This document shows positions 17,102 through 26,449 of a stretch of DNA of 53,552 bases, in pieces. How positions within the stretch are numbered: the stretch's first letter is position 1; every line of letters begins with the position of its first letter. A program made the position numbers and the translations under genes. The notes below the pieces were generated by a model that was not told the origin of the DNA, did not search any database, and was given only the letters and a program-made list of their open reading frames with translations. This DNA is from Candidatus Moraniibacteriota bacterium (lineage in GTDB: Bacteria; Patescibacteriota; Minisyncoccia; Moranbacterales; UBA1568). Location of the stretch: positions 1 through 53,552 of the forward strand of contig JACPGV010000002.1 in NCBI GenBank assembly GCA_016182385.1. The letters are read 5' to 3'.

Positions 17102-18508
17102 TTATCCGATGGCGTTTTCCATCTCGAGATTGATCAGGCGGTTGAGTTCGATGGAATACTCCAAAGGAATTTCTTTGACGATGGGGTCGATGAAGCCGTT
17201 CACGAGGAGTCCCGTGGCATCTTCTTTTTTTATGCCGCGTGAGGCGAGATAGAAAAGTTTTTCTTCGTCGATTTTTTCGGCGGTGGCCTCGTGTTCAACG
17301 CGCGCGCTCGCGTTTTTTACGTTCATTGTTGGAAACGTATCGGAGCGGGAGCGTTCGTCAAGGATGAGCGCGTCGCAAACAACAGAAGACTTCGCGTTTT
17401 TCGCGCCTTTGGCGATGTGGACGAGACCGCGATAGGAAGAGCGGCCGCCGTCTTTGGAAATGGATTTGGAGATGACGCGCGAGCAGGTATCGGGTGCGAG
17501 ATGGATCATCTTGGCACCGGTGTCTTGATGCTGGTGGCGCCCGGCGTAGGCGATAGAAAGCACTTCACCGCGTGCGCCTTTGCCCGCGAGGTAGACAGCC
17601 GGATATTTCATCGTGACACCGGACCCGATGTTGCAGTCCACCCATTCCATCACGGCGTTTTCTTCGGCCCGGGCGCGTTTGGTGACGAGGTTATAGATGT
17701 TTTTGCTCCAATTTTGAACGGTGGTGTAGCGGACGCGCGCGTTTTTTTTGACGAAGATCTCCACGACGGCGGAATGGAGTGACGAGGTGCGATAGATGGG
17801 AGCGGTGCAGCCTTCGATGTAATGCACGTAGCTTCCTTCTTCCGCCACGATGAGCGTGCGTTCGAATTGGCCGAAAGATTCGGCATTGATACGGAAGTAG
17901 GCCTGGAGAGGGAGGGTGACGTGGACGCCTTTGGGGATGTAAACGAACGAGCCGCCCGACCAGACGGCGGAATTGAGCGCGGCGAATTTGTTGTCTTGGG
18001 GCGGAATAAGCGTGCCGAAGTATTCCCGAACGATGCTCGGATATTTTTTTACCGCCGTGTCCATATCGCAAAAGATGACACCTCTTTTTTCCAATTCTTT
18101 GTGGACGCTTTCGTAGACGACCTCCGATTCGTATTGCGCGCTGACACCCGCAAGAAAATTCTTTTCTGCTTCCGGTACGCCGATCCGGTCGTACGTTTCT
18201 TTGATTTCTCGGGGAAGATCTTCCCAATTTTTTGATTGTCGGTCAGTTGCTTTGAGGTAATAGGTGATGGCATCAAAGTCGATCGTCGAAAGATTGGCAC
18301 CCCACTTCGGGAGCAGCTTTTGTTTGAAGATCTCATAGGCACGCAGACGGAAATCGCGCATCCATTTCTCTTCGCCTTTGACGCGGGAGATTTCCGTGAC
18401 GACTGCTTTACGCAAACCGACATTTGTTTTGTGAACGGATTTTTCCGGCATGGAAAAACCAAATTGATAGTCGAAGTCGATTTTCTTATGTTGCTTCTTG
18501 TTCTTCAT
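17102..18508 (-). CDS. sufB: Fe-S cluster assembly protein SufB
   Basis: AQYESEVVY, GQFERTLI, EGCTAP, HEAT, YLASRG. Confidence 0.95.
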   Translation of the reverse strand: MKNKKQHKKIDFDYQFGFSMPEKSVHKTNVGLRKAVVTEISRVKGEEKWMRDFRLRAYEIFKQKLLPKWGANLSTIDFDAITYYLKATDRQSKNWEDLPREIKETYDRIGVPEAEKNFLAGVSAQYESEVVYESVHKELEKRGVIFCDMDTAVKKYPSIVREYFGTLIPPQDNKFAALNSAVWSGGSFVYIPKGVHVTLPLQAYFRINAESFGQFERTLIVAEEGSYVHYIEGCTAPIYRTSSLHSAVVEIFVKKNARVRYTTVQNWSKNIYNLVTKRARAEENAVMEWVDCNIGSGVTMKYPAVYLAGKGARGEVLSIAYAGRHQHQDTGAKMIHLAPDTCSRVISKSISKDGGRSSYRGLVHIAKGAKNAKSSVVCDALILDERSRSDTFPTMNVKNASARVEHEATAEKIDEEKLFYLASRGIKKEDATGLLVNGFIDPIVKEIPLEYSIELNRLINLEMENAIG

Positions 18509-18562
18509 GAGAAAAATAAAAATATCAAAAATGGAAAAAAATGAACGTTTGAACTTTTGATT

Positions 18563-19282
18563 TTAAATAGGGATCACATCAAAACCAAAACGTTCGATTT
18601 TTTTTGCCAGTATCACGCTCCCGGTTTTTACCAGTCGCCCTTCCTTCATGACGAGCACGTGATCCGGTTTTACGTATTGTAAGAGTTTGGCTGAGTGCGT
18701 GATAAAGACGCGGGTTGTTTTTTTTGGGAGATGTTTTTTGAGAAATTGAGTTATTTTTTTTAGAGCATCGACATCAACGCCGGTATCAACTTCATCAAAA
18801 AGAGCGAATTGTGGCGCAAGTAATACGGCCTGGAGCGCTTCCATTTTTTTCTTTTCACCGCCTGAAAAACCGTCATTGAGCGAGCGCCGAAGAAGCTCTT
18901 CTTTGATATCGAGCTCTTTGGCATATTCTTGTATTTTTTTGTGGAGCGTTACCGGATCAATTTTTTTTTCAAGCGCCAGTCGCAGAAGATCAAAAATGGT
19001 TACACCGGGAAGCGCTAGCGGTGTTTGAAAGGAAAGAAAAAGACCGAGCGTCGCACGTTTGTTCGGAGAGAGTGATTGTATGTTTTTTCTCTGAAAAGTG
19101 ATTTTTGCGTTACGAGAAAGTAAAAAATTCGGATGACCAAGGAGGGTAGATGCCAGTGTCGATTTGCCGGAACCGTTGGGGCCGAGAATGGCATATGTTT
19201 TTCCCGGTTTGAAATCGAAAGAAATATCCTGGAGAATTTTTTTTCTTTCGATGGAAACAGAGAGGTTTTTGATGGAGAGCAT
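18563..19282 (-). CDS. sufC: Fe-S cluster assembly ATPase SufC
   Basis: GPNGSGKST, FSGGEKKK, DEVDTGVDVD. Confidence 0.93.
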   Translation of the reverse strand: MLSIKNLSVSIERKKILQDISFDFKPGKTYAILGPNGSGKSTLASTLLGHPNFLLSRNAKITFQRKNIQSLSPNKRATLGLFLSFQTPLALPGVTIFDLLRLALEKKIDPVTLHKKIQEYAKELDIKEELLRRSLNDGFSGGEKKKMEALQAVLLAPQFALFDEVDTGVDVDALKKITQFLKKHLPKKTTRVFITHSAKLLQYVKPDHVLVMKEGRLVKTGSVILAKKIERFGFDVIPI

Positions 19283-19288
19283 AGGGGG

Positions 19289-19681
19289 TTATATCAATGA
19301 AGCAAGTGTAATTTTTGAAAGTGAGCGTTCAATTTCATTTTCAAATTTTCGTAGTACTTCGTTTGTTTGGCAATGACTGACGTTGAGACAGGGGAGTTCT
19401 CCCCGAGTGAAAAGTGAAAATGTTCGCAGTGGTCCGTCGAGTTCGCGAATAACATCCCACGCGGAGATTTTTTGTGCCGGACGAGCAAGCAAATATCCCC
19501 CCTCAACGCCTTTTTTGGCTTCAACGATACCGGCCTTTCTGAGTTTTTGAAATATTTTTTCAAGATAATCTTCCGGCAGATGTTCCTTTTTTGCGATGGC
19601 GTGGATAGAAAGTGATGTTTTGGCTTGCGCAAGGGTTAAAATTGCACGCAATCCATAATATGTTTTTTTTGAGAGTTTCAT
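19289..19681 (-). CDS. Rrf2-family (IscR-like) transcriptional regulator
   Basis: YGLRA, YLEKIF..L...G, G..GGY.LA; two Cys near the C-terminus; heads the suf genes. Confidence 0.9.
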   Translation of the reverse strand: MKLSKKTYYGLRAILTLAQAKTSLSIHAIAKKEHLPEDYLEKIFQKLRKAGIVEAKKGVEGGYLLARPAQKISAWDVIRELDGPLRTFSLFTRGELPCLNVSHCQTNEVLRKFENEIERSLSKITLASLI

Positions 19682-19709
19682 ATAATTCGGACTAAAATTG
19701 TCTGCTTTT
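19681..19709. promoter_or_regulatory. Putative Rrf2 autoregulatory operator, copy 1
   Basis: GACT-AAAA-TT-GTC dyad resembling IscR type 1 sites, lying over the predicted TSS. Confidence 0.6.
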
Positions 19710-19710
19710 A

Positions 19711-19739
19711 AGACTAACAGGAAGAAAAATGATTGTCAA
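19711..19739 (-). promoter_or_regulatory. Putative sigma70 promoter of rrf2-sufCBD
   Basis: Minus strand TTGACA-17 bp-TAGTCT with extended TG. Confidence 0.6.
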
Positions 19740-19829
19740 TAAAAACAATTTCTAGACAAAAAAGATATTTGATGATAATGAAGAAGAGTGTAAACGCGAG
19801 TTCCTTGAATCTTTTTTGGAGGAAAAAAA

Positions 19830-20339
19830 ATGAACGATCCTATAATGATGTTTCCCTCTTACGGGGAACCGATTGTTATGAAAAGACTGAGTGTTGACTC
19901 CGTTCGGGGAACTTTTCCCGTCCAGCCCTTCCTCGGCATCAAGCCCGCAGAAGGAGTGTATCCGCCACCGGAAATTGGTCCTGGATTCATATGGCGACAC
20001 GAAGAAAAACCAAGAGTTGTCTTTGTCTCTTTTGTTGTTTCTCCTCATCGGAGACAGCCAGAGTTTTCCGTTGAGCATTTATTGCGCGCGGTGCGCGCGG
20101 TGTATAGCGTAGAAACAATCGACATCTTCCACCCAATGGAGAACACACTGTGTTTTTGTTGGGGAGTAGCCAAGAAACATCTTGCGCCGGAGTGGGAGCG
20201 TACCCTGCAAGAAAAGCTGGGAAGAGAAGTGTTTCAGCAGTTGCGGGAAGAAGTCTTTCATCGGTATCAACCGGATGAAGAAGAGCGTGTTCGCCTTACG
20301 CAAGCCTTGATAGCACATCGAATTCCTTTCACGCAGTAG
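19830..20339 (+). CDS. Hypothetical (orphan) protein
   Basis: 169-aa ORF with GGAGG RBS and a downstream hairpin; no motif recognised. Confidence 0.6.
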   Translation: MNDPIMMFPSYGEPIVMKRLSVDSVRGTFPVQPFLGIKPAEGVYPPPEIGPGFIWRHEEKPRVVFVSFVVSPHRRQPEFSVEHLLRAVRAVYSVETIDIFHPMENTLCFCWGVAKKHLAPEWERTLQEKLGREVFQQLREEVFHRYQPDEEERVRLTQALIAHRIPFTQ

Positions 20340-20441
20340 GCGTACATGATAAAAAACGTAAAGAAAAAAAGCATAATCCCGTCCGTAACAATGGTCGGGG
20401 TTTATTTTTGGTAAAAAATAGAGTACACTGATCGGACGTTT

Positions 20442-21692
20442 ATGATACGACCAGAAACAATTGAAATTATGTCTCCGGCTGGGAGTTTTGAGAGTTTGGC
20501 AGCGGCCATAAAAGGTGGTTGTCACAGTGTTTATTTTGGCGTGACACAGCTTAATATGCGGGCGCGAGCGGCGGCTAATTTGACGCTTGCCGATTTACCC
20601 GAGTTTATGCGTCTCTGTCGGGAAAAAAACGTGAAAGCATATCTTGCTCTCAATACTCTTTTGTATGATCATGATGTGACGGTGATGCGTTCGCTCGTTG
20701 ATGCCGCGTGTGCGCAGGGAGTGCACGCTGTTATTGCTTTTGATTTTGCAACGATACAGTATTGTAATGAAGTGGGCATGCCCGTACATGTTTCTGTGCA
20801 GTTTTCCGTTTCTAATTATGAGTCTCTGGCTTTTTTTGCGACGATGACCAACCGTGTTGTTTTGGCACGAGAATTGACTATTGAACAAATTCGGGCAATA
20901 CATGAGCGTATTGAAAAAGAACAATTGATAGGGAAAGAAGGGCGTTTGATGGAAATTGAAGCATTTGTCCACGGAGCCCTTTGTGTCGCGCAATCAGGCA
21001 GATGTTTTATGAGCCTGTATACTGATAATGCATCGGCTAATCGTGGTGCGTGTTTGCAGAATTGTCGTAAGCAGTACCTCGTGACTGACGTGGAGACAGG
21101 GAAGGAATTGGTCGTTGATAATCAATACGTGATGAGCGCGGCCGATATTTGCACGATAGATTTTTTGCCCGAGCTTATAGCTTCCGGCATAGGCGTATGG
21201 AAGATTGAGGGTCGAGGACGCTCGCCGGAATATGTGTACACCGTGACGAAAACGTATCGAGAGGCGCTCCAAGATATTATTCGTGGAGAGTATACAAAAG
21301 AAAAGGTGAAGAAATATCTTGAGTGTTTGCGTACGGTATATCATCGCGGGTTATCTCATGGGAATTATTATCTTGGTCGTGAGTTGGAGGCATATAGTCA
21401 TACGTATGGTTCTCAAGCGGAGAAAGAAAAAAAATTTGTTGGTACGGTAAAAAAATATTTTTCTCGAGCAGGTGTCGCGGAGATGATGATGGAAGCCGGA
21501 GAAATTGCTCTTCATGATGAAATACGAATTATGGGGATTACGACCGGCGTTTATGAGGGGAAAATAGAATCTTTGCGAAATGGTGGCGCTGTGTCGGTAC
21601 AAAAAGCGATAAAGGGTGAGACGATAACTTTTCCGGTGACTGAGCGAGTGAGAGTGAATGATAAAGTGTATATTTGGAAGGATCGGAAATAA
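20442..21692 (+). CDS. Peptidase U32-family protein (probable Fe-S RNA hydroxylase, TrhP/RlhA-like)
   Basis: SPAGS, VLAREL, EAFVHGALC..SGRC, NRGACLQNCR, KIEGR. Confidence 0.9.
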   Translation: MIRPETIEIMSPAGSFESLAAAIKGGCHSVYFGVTQLNMRARAAANLTLADLPEFMRLCREKNVKAYLALNTLLYDHDVTVMRSLVDAACAQGVHAVIAFDFATIQYCNEVGMPVHVSVQFSVSNYESLAFFATMTNRVVLARELTIEQIRAIHERIEKEQLIGKEGRLMEIEAFVHGALCVAQSGRCFMSLYTDNASANRGACLQNCRKQYLVTDVETGKELVVDNQYVMSAADICTIDFLPELIASGIGVWKIEGRGRSPEYVYTVTKTYREALQDIIRGEYTKEKVKKYLECLRTVYHRGLSHGNYYLGRELEAYSHTYGSQAEKEKKFVGTVKKYFSRAGVAEMMMEAGEIALHDEIRIMGITTGVYEGKIESLRNGGAVSVQKAIKGETITFPVTERVRVNDKVYIWKDRK

Positions 21693-21707
21693 TGTTTATC
21701 GGAGTAT

Positions 21708-21941
21708 ATGGGCGTAAAAAAAATCACGATTTGTCATAAGCGGAATGACTGTATTGGTTGCGGTTCGTGTGTTTTGCTTTCCCCGCATTGTTTCGTTATG
21801 AATCGTGACGATGGCAAGGCGGATTTGGTAGATGGCGTTTGGAAGGGGAAGGAGTTTGTGGTGGCAAAAGCGGATGAGGAACGTTTCCTTGAAAGTAAGC
21901 ACGCGGCAGATGCTTGCCCTATGGGAATTATTCGTGTATGA
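21708..21941 (+). CDS. Ferredoxin
   Basis: CIGCGSC...ACPMGII. Confidence 0.85.
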   Translation: MGVKKITICHKRNDCIGCGSCVLLSPHCFVMNRDDGKADLVDGVWKGKEFVVAKADEERFLESKHAADACPMGIIRV

Positions 21942-22927
21942 AGTCATATCTTGGATTTTGGGAACAATTACAGAAACCGTTTTTTGTCTTGGCCCCGATG
22001 GCGAATGTCACGGACGTCGTGTTTCGTCGCATGATCGCGAAATATGGTCGACCGGACGTGATGTGGACGGAATTCGTTTCAGCGGACGGACTGTGTCATC
22101 CGAAAGGGCGACAGGCGCTTTTGCGCGATCTTGAATACGTCGAGTGTGAACGACCAATTGTCACACAACTTTTTACCGCGCATCCGGAAAAAATGTATGA
22201 AGCGGCAAAGTTTGTCGCGAGTCTTGGTTTTGATGGCATAGACATCAATATGGGATGTCCGGACAAGAATGTGATGAAGCAGGGCGCCGGGGCGAGCCTC
22301 ATGAAAGATCCGGCACTCGCGCAAGCGGTCATCCTCGCGGCGATGGAAGGAGTGGAGGCTTCCGGAAAGCGTATTCCCGTGTCTGTGAAAACGCGTCTCG
22401 GTTTCAATGAGGATACTTTGGATGAATGGTTACCGAAATTATTGGAAACAAAGCCGGCGGTGATTACGGTACATTGTCGGACGAAAAAAGAAATGTCCAA
22501 AGTACCAGCCAAATGGGAGCGCGTGAAGCGGGCGGTAGAAATCGCGCGCGGATCAGGCACGCTCATCGTCGGCAATGGCGATGTACGCGATTGTGCCGAC
22601 GCGGAAGAGAAAGCGCGTGAGACCGGCTGCGACGGAGTGATGCTTGGGCGGGCAGTATTCGGCAATCCGTGGCTGTTTGATCGAAAGAAACAGGATGTGA
22701 CGGTGCGGGAAAAATTGGAAGTGGCGATCGAACATACAAAGCTTTTTGAAGAAACGTGGCGTGATACAAAAAGTTTTGATTTAATGAAAAAACATTATCA
22801 GGCGTACATCAATCATTTTCCTTTGGCCAAAGAATTGCGAGTGGAATTGATGATTTGTCAGAACGCCGAAGATGTAAAAAAGAGTATTGAGAAATTTTTG
22901 AAAACGCACGGTGACATCGCCGCGTAA
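21938..22927 (+). CDS. dus: tRNA-dihydrouridine synthase
   Basis: LAPMA, DINMGCP, PVSVKTR, GNGDV, GVMLGR; start taken at MKSYLG, overlapping the ferredoxin stop. Confidence 0.9.
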   Translation: MKSYLGFWEQLQKPFFVLAPMANVTDVVFRRMIAKYGRPDVMWTEFVSADGLCHPKGRQALLRDLEYVECERPIVTQLFTAHPEKMYEAAKFVASLGFDGIDINMGCPDKNVMKQGAGASLMKDPALAQAVILAAMEGVEASGKRIPVSVKTRLGFNEDTLDEWLPKLLETKPAVITVHCRTKKEMSKVPAKWERVKRAVEIARGSGTLIVGNGDVRDCADAEEKARETGCDGVMLGRAVFGNPWLFDRKKQDVTVREKLEVAIEHTKLFEETWRDTKSFDLMKKHYQAYINHFPLAKELRVELMICQNAEDVKKSIEKFLKTHGDIAA

Positions 22928-22935
22928 ACTCTCGT

Positions 22936-24156
22936 ATGAACACTGCAGTACTGGTATCCGGTGGGGTGGATAGTTCGGTAGCGCTCAGGCTTTTGCAAGA
23001 AGAAGGGCAGACGCTTTCTGCTTTCTATCTCAAAATTTGGCTGGAAGACGAGTTGTCTTTTCTCGGGGAGTGCCCATGGGAAGATGATTTGTCATATGTG
23101 CGAGCAGTGTGCGAAGAGGCGGGTGTACCGCTTACCGTGGTACCGTTTCAAAAGGAGTATTGGGAACGCGTGGTATCGTATGTGATTGGTGAGGTGAAAG
23201 CGGGTCGCACGCCCAATCCGGATATGCTTTGTAATGCGCGGATCAAATTCGGCGCGTTTTATAACGCGTTCGGGCGTGATTTTGACAAGGTGGCGACGGG
23301 GCATTACGCGCAGGTGGAGGCAGATGAGATTCCTTCGCAAGATATTTTTTTCTCGTCTTCAAAACTCATCGGCGCTTCCGATGACCGAAAAAATTCCCTC
23401 ACTCGACGGCAACCAATGGAATTTTTTCGAACTGCAAGCGCCGCTTCAGACACGTTGAAGATAGCGAAAAAAACACTTGCGAAACAATCTCAAAAAAACA
23501 TATTTCGATTGAAAATGTCCCCTGATTTGGTGAAGGATCAGACCTATTTTCTCTCGCAGCTTTCGCAGGAACAGGTGTCGAAAGCGCTGTTTCCGATTGG
23601 TGGATTCGAGAAAAGAGAGGTGCGGCGATTAGCAGAAAAATTCGAATTGCCCAATGCTAAGCGCAAAGACAGCCAAGGCATCTGTTTTCTTGGCAAGATT
23701 CCGTTTGATAAATTCCTCGAATACCATCTCGGCAAGCGGCCGGGCAAGCTGATCGAATATGAGACCAGTAAGATCTTGGGTGAGCACGATGGCTTTTGGT
23801 ATTTTACGGTGGGGCAACGCCGCGGTATAAGACTCTCCGGCGGCCCGTGGTACGTGGTGGCAAAGAATTCTGAGACGAACGAAGTGTTTATTTCGCACGG
23901 TGAGCATCACGAGCTCATCGCGCGCGATACGTTTATGGTCGGTGGACTGAATTGGATTTCCGGTATGACGCCGGAGAAACAAGAGTGTATGGTCAAGGTG
24001 CGCCACGGCGCCAAAATATATCCGGCGAGCATCAAGTATATCGGGAACGACAAGTTGAAAGTGACGCTCAAAGAAAAAGATTCAGGAATTGCCGCGGGTC
24101 AGTTCGCCGTATTTTACGATGGAAAATACTGTCTTGGTGGCGGTGTGATTTTGTAA
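22936..24156 (+). CDS. mnmA: tRNA-specific 2-thiouridylase with a 56-aa in-frame insertion
   Basis: SGGVDS, TPNPD..CN, ATGHY, KDQTYFL, DSQGICF, GQFAVFY. Confidence 0.93.
   Translation: MNTAVLVSGGVDSSVALRLLQEEGQTLSAFYLKIWLEDELSFLGECPWEDDLSYVRAVCEEAGVPLTVVPFQKEYWERVVSYVIGEVKAGRTPNPDMLCNARIKFGAFYNAFGRDFDKVATGHYAQVEADEIPSQDIFFSSSKLIGASDDRKNSLTRRQPMEFFRTASAASDTLKIAKKTLAKQSQKNIFRLKMSPDLVKDQTYFLSQLSQEQVSKALFPIGGFEKREVRRLAEKFELPNAKRKDSQGICFLGKIPFDKFLEYHLGKRPGKLIEYETSKILGEHDGFWYFTVGQRRGIRLSGGPWYVVAKNSETNEVFISHGEHHELIARDTFMVGGLNWISGMTPEKQECMVKVRHGAKIYPASIKYIGNDKLKVTLKEKDSGIAAGQFAVFYDGKYCLGGGVIL
23325..23492. mobile_element. 168-bp palindromic element inserted in frame in mnmA
   Basis: Terminal inverted repeats TGAGATT(CC)TTCGCAAG.../...CTTGCGAA(AC)AATCTCA, internal stems, length a multiple of 3. 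Confidence 0.7.
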
Positions 24157-24157
24157 G

Positions 24158-24296
24158 AAAAAAACCACCAGAACTGCGTCAAGATGATACAAGTCCGCGT
24201 TGCAGGACTTCCTTGACTCTGGTGGTGGCCGTTAGACCATGACGCCTGTAATGCTTTATCAGGTGGTGGGAACTTGGCCCATTCCCACAGGTCTAA
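24158..24296 (-). ncRNA. Candidate structured non-coding RNA, family unknown
   Basis: Six stems fill the intergenic space; minus-strand TTGACA-17-TATTCT promoter at 24329-24301 and terminal U tract. Confidence 0.5.
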
Positions 24297-24322
24297 AAAA
24301 AGAATAATATAGTGAACTTTGT

Positions 24323-25309
24323 ATGTCAATTGCGAAAGAAAAAATCGTATGGTTCGAGAAAAGGATAGCTGATTTTTTCAAAAAAGGCGGACGGGAGCAT
24401 CTGCCTTGGAGAAAAAAGAGAGTCTTGGCCTATGAGGTGTGGGTGAGCGAGATTATGCTCCAGCAGACCCAAGCGTCACGCGTCATTTTGTATTATGAGC
24501 GATTTTTGAAAAAGTTTCCGACTATCGAAGCACTCTCAAAAGCGAGTTGGGAAGAGTTTCTTTTGTACTACGCGGGACTCGGCTACTATGCGCGTGGGCA
24601 CAATATGCTTGAAACCGCGAAAACGGTAATGAAAGAATATGGGGGAATTTTTCCCCGCGATCGGAAATTACTTGAGAAATTGCCCGGGATTGGTCCTTAC
24701 ACGGCGGCAGCCATTTTGAGTTTTGCCTATGATGGCGATTATTTGGCATGGGATACGAACCTCAGGCGCGTTATGGGTAGATTTTTCTTTGGCGGAAAAC
24801 ATCTTGTTTCTGATGAAACATTTTGGGAGAACAAATACGCGATGCCAAAAAAGGAAATGAACGCCGCGCTGATGGATTTTGGAAGTTCTCTGTGTGTCGC
24901 GCGTCCGAAATGTGAGGCGTGTTCGCTCAAAACGCGGTGTGTGTATTATCGGGAAAAAGGAAAACGGGAAAAAATGACGCAGAAACGGAAGAAATGGACA
25001 TTGTCCGGTAATCCAAAGGATATGCGGGCCATCGTCTATCTTCACGAGTGTCACAAGAAGTATTTCTCTTCCGTAAGGGAATCGTACAAACCGTTTTTTC
25101 TTCCGGTCGGGTACGCCACACGTGCCGGTATCAAGGAATATTTCAAGAAAACATATGGGCTCGACGTCTCTGTCCGTCCGCCACATAAGAGAATTTTGGT
25201 GAATAAAAAGTCAGCGATTTTGATTCGTGCCCAGATTCTTTTAGGACGGCCCTGTTTCAGAGTGTTCCCCCGCGAGGCTATTAGCAAAAAAATTTTGGAA
25301 ATGTTATAA
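24323..25309 (+). CDS. mutY: A/G-specific adenine glycosylase, MutY-like
   Basis: LPWR, VSEIMLQQT, GLGYYAR, LPGIGPYTA HhH motif, 4-Cys Fe-S motif; divergent C-terminus. Confidence 0.85.
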   Translation: MSIAKEKIVWFEKRIADFFKKGGREHLPWRKKRVLAYEVWVSEIMLQQTQASRVILYYERFLKKFPTIEALSKASWEEFLLYYAGLGYYARGHNMLETAKTVMKEYGGIFPRDRKLLEKLPGIGPYTAAAILSFAYDGDYLAWDTNLRRVMGRFFFGGKHLVSDETFWENKYAMPKKEMNAALMDFGSSLCVARPKCEACSLKTRCVYYREKGKREKMTQKRKKWTLSGNPKDMRAIVYLHECHKKYFSSVRESYKPFFLPVGYATRAGIKEYFKKTYGLDVSVRPPHKRILVNKKSAILIRAQILLGRPCFRVFPREAISKKILEML

Positions 25310-25321
25310 TAAGGGAAAAGT

Positions 25322-26380
25322 ATGGAACTTCGCGCATTTAATGTTTATTTCTTTTTCTTTTTATTTTTTGCCGTGGGGACGGTTGTTTTTTTCATTTTCC
25401 AGCCATTTTTGACCGCTATTATCGCCGCCGCTATTTTGACGGCTTTGTTTAAGGGGCCGTATCATTATTTTGAACGTTTTACGCGCGGACACCGTGGGTG
25501 GAGCGCTTTTCTTACCTGTCTTTTGGTTATCCTTATTATCGTAACCCCGATATTTTTTGTTTTGAGCTTGGCGATCAGCGAGGCAAATACCCTGTATCAC
25601 GCTCTTGGAGAGGAATCGTCTCTTGAGCGAGTCGTCGGGCAGGTAGTGGGAGCTTTACAGTCTCTGCCATATCTTAATATTTTTTTTGATACCGAAACCT
25701 TTCATCAAGAGCGTATTTTGGAGGATATCAAAAATTTTGGTCAAAACGCTCTTGGTCTCATTCAGGCGGCGTATCAGGGGGTTACGCATTTTGTTTTCTG
25801 GGTGTTTGTGATGTTTTTTACCTTGTTTTATTTTCTTATTGATGGGAAGAAAACATTAAGATTTCTTATGCAGCTTTCTCCGCTTCGTAATGAGCACGAC
25901 GCGCTTCTTATCAAAAAATTTATCTCTATCAGTCGGGCGGCGCTGAAAGGAACTATTGTTGTTGGTATGGTGCAAGGTTTTCTGGGAGGTATCGCTTTCT
26001 GGATCGCCGGTATTCCATCCCCGGCCATTTGGGGTTTGGTCATGGTGCTTTTTTCCATCATACCAATGGTCGGTTCGGCCATTGTATGGGTACCGGCGGG
26101 AATTATTATGCTCCTTCTTGGTTACGTGTGGCAGGGAGTTTTTGTTCTTGTTGTCGGTGCCGGAGTTATTTCCGTCATTGATAATATTTTGCGCCCAAAA
26201 TTAGTCGGGAAAGACACACAAATGCATCCGCTTATGATTTTCTTCGCCACTCTTGGAGGAATTTCTTTGTTTGGTTTACCGGGATTTGTCATCGGACCAA
26301 TCATCGTTTCTCTTTTTATGGCTCTCGGCGAAATTTACAGTATTGAATTTAAAGAGCAACTAAAAGAGTACAATCAATAG
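25322..26380 (+). CDS. AI-2E family transporter
   Basis: Polytopic; DNILRP, HPL.IFF..LGG, GFVIGP. Confidence 0.9.
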   Translation: MELRAFNVYFFFFLFFAVGTVVFFIFQPFLTAIIAAAILTALFKGPYHYFERFTRGHRGWSAFLTCLLVILIIVTPIFFVLSLAISEANTLYHALGEESSLERVVGQVVGALQSLPYLNIFFDTETFHQERILEDIKNFGQNALGLIQAAYQGVTHFVFWVFVMFFTLFYFLIDGKKTLRFLMQLSPLRNEHDALLIKKFISISRAALKGTIVVGMVQGFLGGIAFWIAGIPSPAIWGLVMVLFSIIPMVGSAIVWVPAGIIMLLLGYVWQGVFVLVVGAGVISVIDNILRPKLVGKDTQMHPLMIFFATLGGISLFGLPGFVIGPIIVSLFMALGEIYSIEFKEQLKEYNQ

Positions 26381-26449
26381 ATTTTTTATTTGGCAGAAGA
26401 TTTTTGGAAAAGACGGGGAAGGTGAAACGAAGGCGAGAAATTCAAAAAT

